A stretch of DNA of 64,000 nucleotides from a virus: the IMG/VR virus record IMGVR_UViG_3300046817_000745, positions 8,873-72,872 of that record. One strand, written 5' to 3'. Position 1 is the first letter of the stretch; each line of letters opens with the position of its first letter. Of this stretch, positions 9,559 through 18,013 are shown one piece after another. A program made the translations under genes and the position numbers. The notes beneath the pieces were generated by a model. It was not told the DNA's origin. It saw only the letters and a program-made list of their open reading frames with translations, and searched no databases.

Positions 9559-10922
9559 CGTTCGCGCGCAAGACCGAGGTGCCGCTGGTCGCGCTCAAGC
9601 AGCGCACGGCCAGCGGCATGCGTGCTCTGGCAGGCAAGATCGATGAGGAGCTGCCCGGGATGGTCGCGCCGCAGCACCTGCGCGACGCGGCCCGTGCGCT
9701 GGAATCCGGCAACCATGTCGGTGCAAAACGCCATTTGCAGGCTGCAATGCACACCATGACACCGCTGTCCCTCACCCGGCACGGCGTGCTGGACGATCAC
9801 GGCCACTCCCTGGCCAAGGTCAACATGGACCTGATCAATCGGCACCACATGCTGGTCAGTGACCTGGAGGACGGCGAGAACCACAACCAGGGCGTCCGCG
9901 CCACTCCGGCAACCTTCACCCAGCCGAGCACCCTGCCGCTCGGCGGTTCGATGAACTCGCAGCAGGTCCGCGGTGCTGCGAGTGACGGCGGGCCCGGCGC
10001 ACCCAAGACGGTGCGGACCGCGATGGTGCCTGCTCCGCGGCAGAATACCGGCACTGACCGGGCGGTGGCCGGCGGCCCGAAGGCTCCGAGCCGGAAGGAG
10101 AACCAGCTTCCCGCACGTCCGACGCCGCAGGCGGTGTTGTCCTGGGCAGATCTCTACGATCTCATCGAACTATCCACGCAGACGGGCCGACTGGCAGCCA
10201 CACCCGCCCCTCGCGGTCGCCCGGGCGGACCGGGGCTGTACGACGTCAAGGGCATGGGCCACACCGCCTATCTCCAGCAGATCGTGAAGGCGCTGATCCG
10301 TAAGCGGGGAATGCCGCCGGACAAGGCATACGCGATTGCCCGGGGAGCGATTCGCCGCTGGGCGTCTGGCGGTGGCAAGGTGCATCCCGAAGTCCGGGCG
10401 GCTGCAACGGCTGCGGAGAGTGGAGAGCTCGCCCGCCAGAGGCAGGCAAAATCCGACCATGAACACACCGCTGACTCGTGGGCAGGTGTGTTCGACCTGG
10501 TCGGCACTGCGGCGGGTGCTGCTCTCGACCCCCGGACGGTCACAGGCCAGTTCGGGGCCGGAGGCCAGCAACCACCGCCCGCTGCGGCGCCCGCGGCATC
10601 TCCGGCTGAGAAGAAACGTCAACTGCTGGCCCAGGCGGCTGCGGACCGGCAGAAGGCAAGAGACCTGGCCAAGCAGCTGGCCGTGTTAGTGGCCGCAAGC
10701 AAGGCGACGACCAAGACGACTGCGCAAGCCACCAAGGCGGGGGCAACAGGGAAGACAGCCAGCTCAACCCCGGCAAAGAAGGCTGCCACGGCTCCGGCAG
10801 CACAGACTGCCGGAGCAGCCAGGAAACCGACGAAGAAGCAACAGGTTGCTGCACTCAAAACGCAGATAGCCGCACTGCTCGCCAAAGCTGCACAAGAGAC
10901 GGCACAGGCGGCGAAGCTGTGA
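9555..10922 (+). CDS. Modular head-region protein (His-rich N-terminus, small helical domain, Ala/Lys-rich C-terminus)
   Basis: ATGA overlap. Modules are separated by SW..xDL/IELS linkers. Confidence 0.75.
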   Translation: MTFARKTEVPLVALKQRTASGMRALAGKIDEELPGMVAPQHLRDAARALESGNHVGAKRHLQAAMHTMTPLSLTRHGVLDDHGHSLAKVNMDLINRHHMLVSDLEDGENHNQGVRATPATFTQPSTLPLGGSMNSQQVRGAASDGGPGAPKTVRTAMVPAPRQNTGTDRAVAGGPKAPSRKENQLPARPTPQAVLSWADLYDLIELSTQTGRLAATPAPRGRPGGPGLYDVKGMGHTAYLQQIVKALIRKRGMPPDKAYAIARGAIRRWASGGGKVHPEVRAAATAAESGELARQRQAKSDHEHTADSWAGVFDLVGTAAGAALDPRTVTGQFGAGGQQPPPAAAPAASPAEKKRQLLAQAAADRQKARDLAKQLAVLVAASKATTKTTAQATKAGATGKTASSTPAKKAATAPAAQTAGAARKPTKKQQVAALKTQIAALLAKAAQETAQAAKL

Positions 10923-13900
10923 CACGGCCGACTGAGACAGGAATCAGCAGCCAGGCGGCCGATCTGCTACCCGGTCCGGACGATCGAACTGCAGTGGCCA
11001 TGTTCACAGCACACCGGATCGACGACATGCTCACAGCCCTGGCGCACGCCGATGAGCGGATGCAGGCCATGCGCACGTCCGACGGCGAACTACGGCACTA
11101 CCACAGCCTGCACTTCGACGAGCACATCGCGAACGTCATGCAGGACGCAGGCCAGCTCAAGGACAACATGCTGGAGCACTACCCCGCCGAAGCCGCCGAG
11201 TGGCGGGCGCTGGTGCAGGTGATGGATCTGGTGTCGGGGTACAGCCTTAATCCGCGATCCGGCATGATCTCCCTTGACCTGCCGCCCGGTGCGCTGGCTC
11301 CGGTATCGGGTGGCGTGGACGACCACCACATCACGGTGGTCTACCTCGGGCCCGACGTGGATGACGAGGCGTTCGCGGAGGCGTGCCGCCGGGCACAGGA
11401 AGCGGCATCGGCGATGCCGGGGCCATTGACGGGCACAGTCGGCGGAATCGGCTCGTTCAAGCCGTCGGACGGCAGCGATGGGAAGACACCCGCATGGGCC
11501 GGTGTCGTGCTGCCCGGTGCCGACCGGATCCAGGACGCACTGAAAGATCTATCGGCCAGCCAGCACAAGGACTGGAAGCCACACGTCACCGTGGCGTACG
11601 TGGGTCCTGGCGAGTCACTTCCCGACCCGGTCCCGCAGACTCCCGTGACGTTCACACACCTGTCGGTGCACCGCGGCCGGGATGAAGTGGTCCGCTACCC
11701 GCTCGGCGGCGGCCCGGTGGACATGGCGAAGTCGGTGAGCTCGACAGCCAAGGCCGCATCGTTCGCGCACCTCCTGCAGTCGATCGCGTATGACGCATCA
11801 CACACCCAGCGGCACTCGAAGGCGATGCTCGCCGACACAGACGAGACGTGCTGGCAATTCGACGCAGACCACGCCGAGAAGCACATGCACGGCACCGCCG
11901 GGCACGTCCACAAACTCGCCGAGCTGATCCACGACAACTACCCCGCCGAAGAGAAGTGGCTGGGGAAACTGACGGCGAAGGAAGATCTGTCCACCGTCTC
12001 CGACGGGGCGCTGGAGCTCGGCATTGCAGGACAGCTCGGACACGCCGGCACCTCGATCGGCGGACAGGTGCTGCTCGCCGGCTGGGAGCAGCAGACTCGC
12101 GACGCGCAGGGGCGGTGGGTGAAAGGTCTGCGTTTCTCGGTCAAGCCCTACGGCGTGGTCGAGGACAGGTTCGCAGGCGGGAATGAGAAGGGCGAGATTT
12201 GGAACAAGGTCCCGACAGCGCACCGGATTACGGCGCACCACGGCAAGACCGAGGTCGGGCACCTGGACTGGAACGTCCACCACGGCGGCGTCGACATGGT
12301 GCACACCGAGGAGAAATTCCGCGGCCGCGGCGTGGCCATGAACCTGTTCGACCGGGCTCGGGAGTACGCCGCTGAAAACGGCCTGATACTGCCGAACACC
12401 GAGCACGCGATTCCGATCTCGCCCTCGGGGCTCGGCTTCCACGAGGCACTGTCACAGCGCAACCGTCCCGGCTCCGAGGTGACCGGTCAGGTGCCTCTGA
12501 TCCCCCGAAAGGGCGCCAACCGAACCACCGCGCTGTCACTCGAGCTGGGCAGCTGGCACGATGCCTGGGTCCACGAGATGCGCGGCGCGCACGGCGAGTG
12601 GATCCGCGGCGCGGAAGGACAGGGCCCTGCCCCGAGCGACCGCACCCCCTACCGGGTTCCGCCGCACAGCCGACTGGTCAACCTGCGCTCGCCGTACCCC
12701 GACCCGGCCGACCATCCGTTCTTCAAGGCACACCCGATGAGCAGCGCCAACATCGTGCACGCCTACTCGGTGGCCACTGAGCAGCAGAAGGCGCAGGGCA
12801 TGCGCTGGTATGCCGACGCCGGTCTGCTCGGCGCCGCAATCGCGCACGGCGATCACCATCTCGGGGCCGGGCTGCTCTCGGCCTACTCACCGCAGACGTC
12901 GTGGCCGATCAACATGTTCAACGCCGCGCGCTCGGTCGAGATGGGACGTCCGATCGGCCCGCACGAGGGCACGACCGTGATGACCAGTCACGCCAACGCC
13001 GCACGCAAGATCATGGATGGCGCCAGCTTTGATGAGGCACTGCCCGGCCCGAAGACCAACGCATTCGCCCGGCTGATCGAGACCGAGGGGAAAGACAAGC
13101 CGGATGATCCGTTCGGGGAGGTTGTGGTCGACAGACATGCTGTGTCCGTGGCGGCCGGAGAACGGCTCAGTGACAAGGAACCGGTTCCGATCGGTGATGA
13201 CAGGTACTACCAGGTGGTCGCCGACGAATATCGCAAGGCAGCGATCGATGCCAGCCGGCGGGAGGGCTACACGATCTCGCCCAGCCAGATGCAGGCGATC
13301 ACTTGGCTGGTGCAGCAGTCGGCGAATGAGGCACAGGACGCTCATACGCCGTCAAAGGGTTCAGCGGCGTCGATGGCGAAAGGCCGGGTCACGCGAACTG
13401 CCAACGCCTGGAAGAACTGGCTCGCTTACGCCCGGCTGCAGAACGTCGCTACCGCATCCGGCACTACAGCCCTTGCGACAGAGCTAGAGCTGCACAACGC
13501 CTGGATGACCGAGCTGCGGGATGAGCGCGGTCGATTCGCGACGTCGGGCGGTGTGATGTCCGAGCACGTCAACCCGGAAGGGTTCTCGCTGCACCAGCGC
13601 ACGGGACAACCGCCGCGCGGCGGATTCATGGTCTCCCTGCCGGGACACACGCACCAATACCCGGACTCGATCATGAAAGACAAGCACAAGCTCGCCGAGG
13701 CGCTCGACAAGATGCTGATGGACGAACGTGAGACCTTCAGCAAACCTGATGTCTACTTGGGTGGGTGGGTCAGCGACGGTATGCTGTGGTTGGACCCGTC
13801 GGAGAACGTCGCCGACCGTGATGAGGCGGTCAAGACGGGGCAGAGCCGGGATCAGGTCGCAATCTGGGACGTCGTAGGGGGTCGGGAAATTGACACCGGA

Positions 13901-14056
13901 GGAACAGGCGGGGCCACCACCGAGCACGCCACCCCGGGCATTTCTGGCAGTCCCCCCGGGCTACGCGGACTTACCCGAAGCCGAGCGCAAGGCCGAAGCC
14001 CTGAAGCTGGCGCAGGCATTGCAGGACAGGCAATTAGGGTCGATCTCGGGCGATAA
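10919..14056 (+). CDS. Multidomain head-region protein: His-rich repeats, 2H phosphoesterase, GNAT, HhH-GPD-like domain, unknown domain
   Basis: HITV/HVTV (2H), FRGRGVA (GNAT motif A), LPGPKT...VVDRH (Nth-like K/D), plus repeated linkers. Confidence 0.8.
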   Translation: MTRPTETGISSQAADLLPGPDDRTAVAMFTAHRIDDMLTALAHADERMQAMRTSDGELRHYHSLHFDEHIANVMQDAGQLKDNMLEHYPAEAAEWRALVQVMDLVSGYSLNPRSGMISLDLPPGALAPVSGGVDDHHITVVYLGPDVDDEAFAEACRRAQEAASAMPGPLTGTVGGIGSFKPSDGSDGKTPAWAGVVLPGADRIQDALKDLSASQHKDWKPHVTVAYVGPGESLPDPVPQTPVTFTHLSVHRGRDEVVRYPLGGGPVDMAKSVSSTAKAASFAHLLQSIAYDASHTQRHSKAMLADTDETCWQFDADHAEKHMHGTAGHVHKLAELIHDNYPAEEKWLGKLTAKEDLSTVSDGALELGIAGQLGHAGTSIGGQVLLAGWEQQTRDAQGRWVKGLRFSVKPYGVVEDRFAGGNEKGEIWNKVPTAHRITAHHGKTEVGHLDWNVHHGGVDMVHTEEKFRGRGVAMNLFDRAREYAAENGLILPNTEHAIPISPSGLGFHEALSQRNRPGSEVTGQVPLIPRKGANRTTALSLELGSWHDAWVHEMRGAHGEWIRGAEGQGPAPSDRTPYRVPPHSRLVNLRSPYPDPADHPFFKAHPMSSANIVHAYSVATEQQKAQGMRWYADAGLLGAAIAHGDHHLGAGLLSAYSPQTSWPINMFNAARSVEMGRPIGPHEGTTVMTSHANAARKIMDGASFDEALPGPKTNAFARLIETEGKDKPDDPFGEVVVDRHAVSVAAGERLSDKEPVPIGDDRYYQVVADEYRKAAIDASRREGYTISPSQMQAITWLVQQSANEAQDAHTPSKGSAASMAKGRVTRTANAWKNWLAYARLQNVATASGTTALATELELHNAWMTELRDERGRFATSGGVMSEHVNPEGFSLHQRTGQPPRGGFMVSLPGHTHQYPDSIMKDKHKLAEALDKMLMDERETFSKPDVYLGGWVSDGMLWLDPSENVADRDEAVKTGQSRDQVAIWDVVGGREIDTGGTGGATTEHATPGISGSPPGLRGLTRSRAQGRSPEAGAGIAGQAIRVDLGR

Positions 14057-14081
14057 CACAGGCTCAAGCAGCGCAGATTAA
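13890..14081 (+). CDS. Small out-of-frame ORF overlapping the 3' end of the multidomain gene
   Basis: RAFLAVPPGYADLPEAERKAEALKLAQALQ looks protein-like, while the main frame over this span is low complexity. Confidence 0.45.
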   Translation: MTPEEQAGPPPSTPPRAFLAVPPGYADLPEAERKAEALKLAQALQDRQLGSISGDNTGSSSAD

Positions 14082-14093
14082 CCCCCGATACGC

Positions 14094-14151
14094 CGCAGAG
14101 ATACGTTTCCGTTCGGCAAGCGCTATCATGCCCACAGAAACGATCTCTGCG
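14094..14151 (+). promoter_or_regulatory. Inverted repeat enclosing a TATCAT -10-like hexamer
   Basis: CGCAGAGATACGTTTC / GAAACGATCTCTGCG arms. TATCAT at 14124-14129, upstream of the capsid genes. Confidence 0.45.
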
Positions 14152-14177
14152 CAGGTGCGCACGGGAGGTTGGGCCAC

Positions 14178-15182
14178 ATGGCGACGTACGCCGGAACGCG
14201 GCCGGGTTCAGGCGACAACTTCAAGAAGTTGTCGGGAACCCTGGCAGCCCGCGGAGCGCACAATCCCGATGCCCTGGCGGCCTGGATCGGCCGGGGCAAG
14301 TACGGGCGCAAGGGCATGTCGAAACTGTCCGCCAAGGGCGGCCACCACGCACACAGCAACCCTCTCGGGCTCGCCTCGGAAGAAGGCGGCGAGCACAGCC
14401 ACGTCGTGACGCACAGCCACGAGTTCGCATCGCTCGCGCACACGCACGAGGACGCCGGGGCCGGATACGAGCCCGGCGGGAGTATGCGCGAGGGCCAGGG
14501 TTCGTCCGGCGGTGTGGGTGACTTCGAGAGCGGCTCGTCCAAGCTGCGCACGCCGCAGGAGGGTGACCAGCGCTCGACCGGCTTCCGCAGTCAGCGTCTC
14601 GGCGTCGGCGCGCGCGCCGGGAACTACGGATCCATGTCCAACACCGGCGGCCGGGCTGTGTCCCTGGCGCAGCGGCTGCCCGTGACCAGCCCGTGGGACG
14701 TGGTGATCAGCCGGGGCATCGACGGCAGCGCGCAGGTGAGGCACCGCCGCGGCGGTACGGGTATCGGATCGATCCGGCGTATAGACGGCGGCGGATGGAC
14801 TGCCACCCCCGACGGCGGCAGTCCGTTGCCGGGCCACCCGCACCAGAGGGCCGCGCTCATGGAGCTGCTCGGCACCTGGAACCGCAGTGCGACCACACCC
14901 GACCGGGCCGGGGTGCCATACGCCCAGCCGGCTCAGCAGACTCCCTTGATGGAGAAGTTCGGTGTTCCGGCGATCCGCGCGCTGGCCACTCCGACGGTGT
15001 CGGCCGGAGACGGTCCGCGGACCACCATGGCTGACGCCAGCTCCGGGTCCGACGACACGGACGGCCTGACGCCGAAGGGCAAGGCGATCTACGCCAAGCT
15101 GCGGAGCCGCGGCTTCCCGGCCGAGCGGGCACTCGCGTTCGCCAAGCGCGCGCAGAACATGGGTCCGAAGGCCGCAGCGTGA
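14178..15182 (+). CDS. Modular head-region protein
   Basis: GGGAGG RBS. Basic N-terminal module, His-rich patch, C-terminal YAKLRSRGFPAERALAFA helix pair. Confidence 0.75.
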   Translation: MATYAGTRPGSGDNFKKLSGTLAARGAHNPDALAAWIGRGKYGRKGMSKLSAKGGHHAHSNPLGLASEEGGEHSHVVTHSHEFASLAHTHEDAGAGYEPGGSMREGQGSSGGVGDFESGSSKLRTPQEGDQRSTGFRSQRLGVGARAGNYGSMSNTGGRAVSLAQRLPVTSPWDVVISRGIDGSAQVRHRRGGTGIGSIRRIDGGGWTATPDGGSPLPGHPHQRAALMELLGTWNRSATTPDRAGVPYAQPAQQTPLMEKFGVPAIRALATPTVSAGDGPRTTMADASSGSDDTDGLTPKGKAIYAKLRSRGFPAERALAFAKRAQNMGPKAAA

Positions 15183-16363
15183 CCACCGCCGTCCTCACCC
15201 CATTCACCGGCACACGGGCTGTGGAACTGGGCAACCGGGTGTGGCGCAAACGTGTCCTGCCCGTCGGCGATGTCGAGTACAAGGGCCGGATGCTGCACTT
15301 CACCCGCGAGTACCTGGCCGGGCTGGCGCAGGCGTTTCACGAGCGTGCCTATGATCAGGTGCCGTTCCAGCTGGCCGGGGATGACAACCGGCACACTAAC
15401 GACGTCGAGCGGTTCGGCGGCCAGATCACCTCTTTCGACCTGGAGAAGGACGGGCTGTATCTCAAGCTCGAGGCCACCGAGCGCGGTGAGAAGGTCTTGA
15501 AGGACAATCCGAATCTCGGAGTGTCCGCCAGGATCGTGGAGGACTACGCGCGCAGCGACGGCAAGTTTTTCACCGCAGCCGTACAGCACGTGCTCGGCAC
15601 GCTCGATCCGCGCATCCCCGCACTTGGCGGATGGCAGGCAGTCGAAGCGTCCAACGACGCCGACACAGTCTTGGATCTTTCAACATCGGTATTCGCGGGC
15701 GAGGAGAAGCCAGTGCCTGAATTCACCACCGAGGAGCGCGGGCGGCTCGCGAAGCTGCTGCAGATCCCCGAGGACAAGATCGATGCCTTGACGAAGCTGG
15801 CCGGCACGGACCTCGATCTGCTGGCCGGCGAGGGCCAGGGTGTGGGCAGCGCGGAGCTGAGTGACGAAGAGCTGGCGCAGCTGATCGCCGACATGCCCGA
15901 GGAAGAGCTGGCCGCACTGCAGGCCGAGTTCGAGAACGAGGTCGCGGCCGCGGCGCCCGGGCTGTCCAATCAGACCGCGATGGCGATCGAGATGGCGAAC
16001 GTGCGCGCCGACGAGAACGAGCGGCAGCTCTCGGTCATCACCGCTGAGCTGGACGCCCAGCGTTTCGCCGCGGAGAAGGCCCGGTTCGTGCGCGACTCCG
16101 GCGTACCGCCGTTCATCATGGACCTGGCGCAGCCGCTGCTGGAGGGGACCGGGCACACCGTCGACCTGTCGAATGGCAAGGCGGTCGACGCCGGGCAGAT
16201 CGTGCGCAAGATCCTCACCGAGTACGCCAAGGCCGCCCGGATGATGGACCTGTCGATCGAGATGGGTTCGCCGATGGACGAGCCCGACCAGCAGGGCGCC
16301 GCCGCGGAAGCGCGCGACGACATCGTGGGCCGGGCCCGTGAACAGATGTTCGGGATGCGGTAG
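15179..16363 (+). CDS. Prohead protease/scaffold fusion (Mu I-like)
   Basis: N-terminal H (NRHTND) and S (GVSARI) assemblin-like pattern. Acidic helical C-terminus. Upstream of the capsid genes. Confidence 0.8.
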   Translation: MTTAVLTPFTGTRAVELGNRVWRKRVLPVGDVEYKGRMLHFTREYLAGLAQAFHERAYDQVPFQLAGDDNRHTNDVERFGGQITSFDLEKDGLYLKLEATERGEKVLKDNPNLGVSARIVEDYARSDGKFFTAAVQHVLGTLDPRIPALGGWQAVEASNDADTVLDLSTSVFAGEEKPVPEFTTEERGRLAKLLQIPEDKIDALTKLAGTDLDLLAGEGQGVGSAELSDEELAQLIADMPEEELAALQAEFENEVAAAAPGLSNQTAMAIEMANVRADENERQLSVITAELDAQRFAAEKARFVRDSGVPPFIMDLAQPLLEGTGHTVDLSNGKAVDAGQIVRKILTEYAKAARMMDLSIEMGSPMDEPDQQGAAAEARDDIVGRAREQMFGMR

Positions 16364-16367
16364 TCCG

Positions 16368-16571
16368 ATGCCACGATACGTCGTGACCACGACGACCACA
16401 GTCGCCGGCAGCGGGTACAACCAGCCGCCGCGCACGGTGGTCACGCGCCAGGTGGTCGAGCTGAACGCAGCCGAGGTCACAGCGGTCGGAGCTGGCAACC
16501 TGCGCGCGGTGTCCGCGTCGAACACGCACGAGACGTCCGGCGAGGCGTTCGCCGTGAGCAACGGATTCTGA
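16368..16571 (+). CDS. Small virion-associated protein (TAxGxxNL family)
   Basis: Shares motifs with the genes at 19072 and 20320. Confidence 0.65.
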   Translation: MPRYVVTTTTTVAGSGYNQPPRTVVTRQVVELNAAEVTAVGAGNLRAVSASNTHETSGEAFAVSNGF

Positions 16572-16584
16572 GGAGGCAGGGCTG

Positions 16585-17088
16585 ATGTCTGCGGTTCTCC
16601 CGCACTACAAGCAAGGGCCGATCAACAAGCAGGTGTCCGCGCTGGTCATCGGCGGAATGATCGTGGCTCCGACGACCGCCGGCACGAACCCGAGCGCCGA
16701 TCTTTCCGTGGCCCCGTGTTCGGCCGCCAACACCCGGTACTACCTGGGCGTGGCCGGCAAGGACGCCAACGTCATCGCGGTGCAGACCGGCGCGGCCAAC
16801 ACGTACGGCCAGCCCGCGATCGACATCAGCGTGCTGGACGACTACACCGCCGTCTACTACGGCGGTGTGGACATCTGGGTCTGGTATCAGGGCGCGGTGG
16901 CGGAGGGTGATCTTCTGATCATCAGCGCCACCACGGCCGGAACGGTGATCACCAACGGCGCCGGCACCGACCCGACGAAGATCGTGGGCAAGTGCACACA
17001 CCCCGGCGGAGTCAGCGCCGGCATGCTCGTCGCCAACACGCTCATCGGCGGCAGCACATACTTCCTGGGCCGAGCCAGGATCTTCTGA
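16585..17088 (+). CDS. Capsid decoration/cement-like protein
   Basis: Immediately before the major capsid gene. LGVA..DA, V..GD.L...G.V and IVGK beta-tulip-like pattern. Confidence 0.65.
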   Translation: MSAVLPHYKQGPINKQVSALVIGGMIVAPTTAGTNPSADLSVAPCSAANTRYYLGVAGKDANVIAVQTGAANTYGQPAIDISVLDDYTAVYYGGVDIWVWYQGAVAEGDLLIISATTAGTVITNGAGTDPTKIVGKCTHPGGVSAGMLVANTLIGGSTYFLGRARIF

Positions 17089-17100
17089 GAGGGATGGCCG

Positions 17101-18012
17101 ATGCCGACAGGTGCACGCGGTTATTCGGATTCACCCCGGATAACCGTCAATGAGCTGCTGAAGGACCCGCTGGTCATCCCGGCGTTGATCCTGGACATCA
17201 CGCAGAACGAGTTCATCGTGGACTCGGTGCTGCGTAACGGCGGAGCGGCGCCGTCCGGCGCGGTCAGGTACTCCGAGTCGACGCCGCTGTACGCGGACGA
17301 CTACCCCGAGGTGCGAGCCGAGTTCGGCGAGGTCCCGGTCGTGCCGACCTCGATCGGCATCCCGCGCGTGGTGTTCACCCACGAGCGCGCGATGGCGATC
17401 ATGGTCTCGGACGAGATGCGCCGACGCCAGACCATCGACCCGGTGACCCGCCAGCTGCTGCAGGTCAAGAACACGATGGTCTACAGCTGGAACACGGCGT
17501 TCTACTCCGCCGTGGTGGCCAACGCCTCGATCCAGACCCTCGCGGTGTCCAATGCCTGGGCCAGCGCTTCGGCGACGATCCGCGCGGACATCGCGCAGGC
17601 GTGCTACCTGGTGGAGAACGCCAACATCGTCTCTCCGTCCGGCGTGACGCAGTGGCTGGGCTTCGAAGCCGACACGCTGATCATCAACCACGGCACCAAG
17701 AACTCGCTGCTGCAGAGCTCGACGTTCGCCGCGCCGTACATCGGCGACATCGCGTCGGAGAACCTGCTGTACACCGGCGTGTTGCCACAGAAGATCTTCA
17801 ACCTGGACGTGCTGGTCTCTCGGCAGGTCCCGGCCGGCAACGCGATCGTCATGCAGCGGCACCGGGCCGGCTTCTACGCCGATGAGCTGCCGTTCCTCGC
17901 GGGTCCGCTCTACCGGGACGAGCCGCGCAAGACCTGGCGCACGGACACCCAACGGGCCAGCGCCATCGGCCTGGACCAGCCTCTGGCCATCACGCTGCTG
18001 TCAGGAGTGTGA
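17101..18012 (+). CDS. Major capsid protein (HK97 fold)
   Basis: 303 aa, strong codon bias, VRAEFGEVP E-loop, DQP.AI..L C-terminus. Confidence 0.85.
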   Translation: MPTGARGYSDSPRITVNELLKDPLVIPALILDITQNEFIVDSVLRNGGAAPSGAVRYSESTPLYADDYPEVRAEFGEVPVVPTSIGIPRVVFTHERAMAIMVSDEMRRRQTIDPVTRQLLQVKNTMVYSWNTAFYSAVVANASIQTLAVSNAWASASATIRADIAQACYLVENANIVSPSGVTQWLGFEADTLIINHGTKNSLLQSSTFAAPYIGDIASENLLYTGVLPQKIFNLDVLVSRQVPAGNAIVMQRHRAGFYADELPFLAGPLYRDEPRKTWRTDTQRASAIGLDQPLAITLLSGV

Positions 18013-18013
18013 G

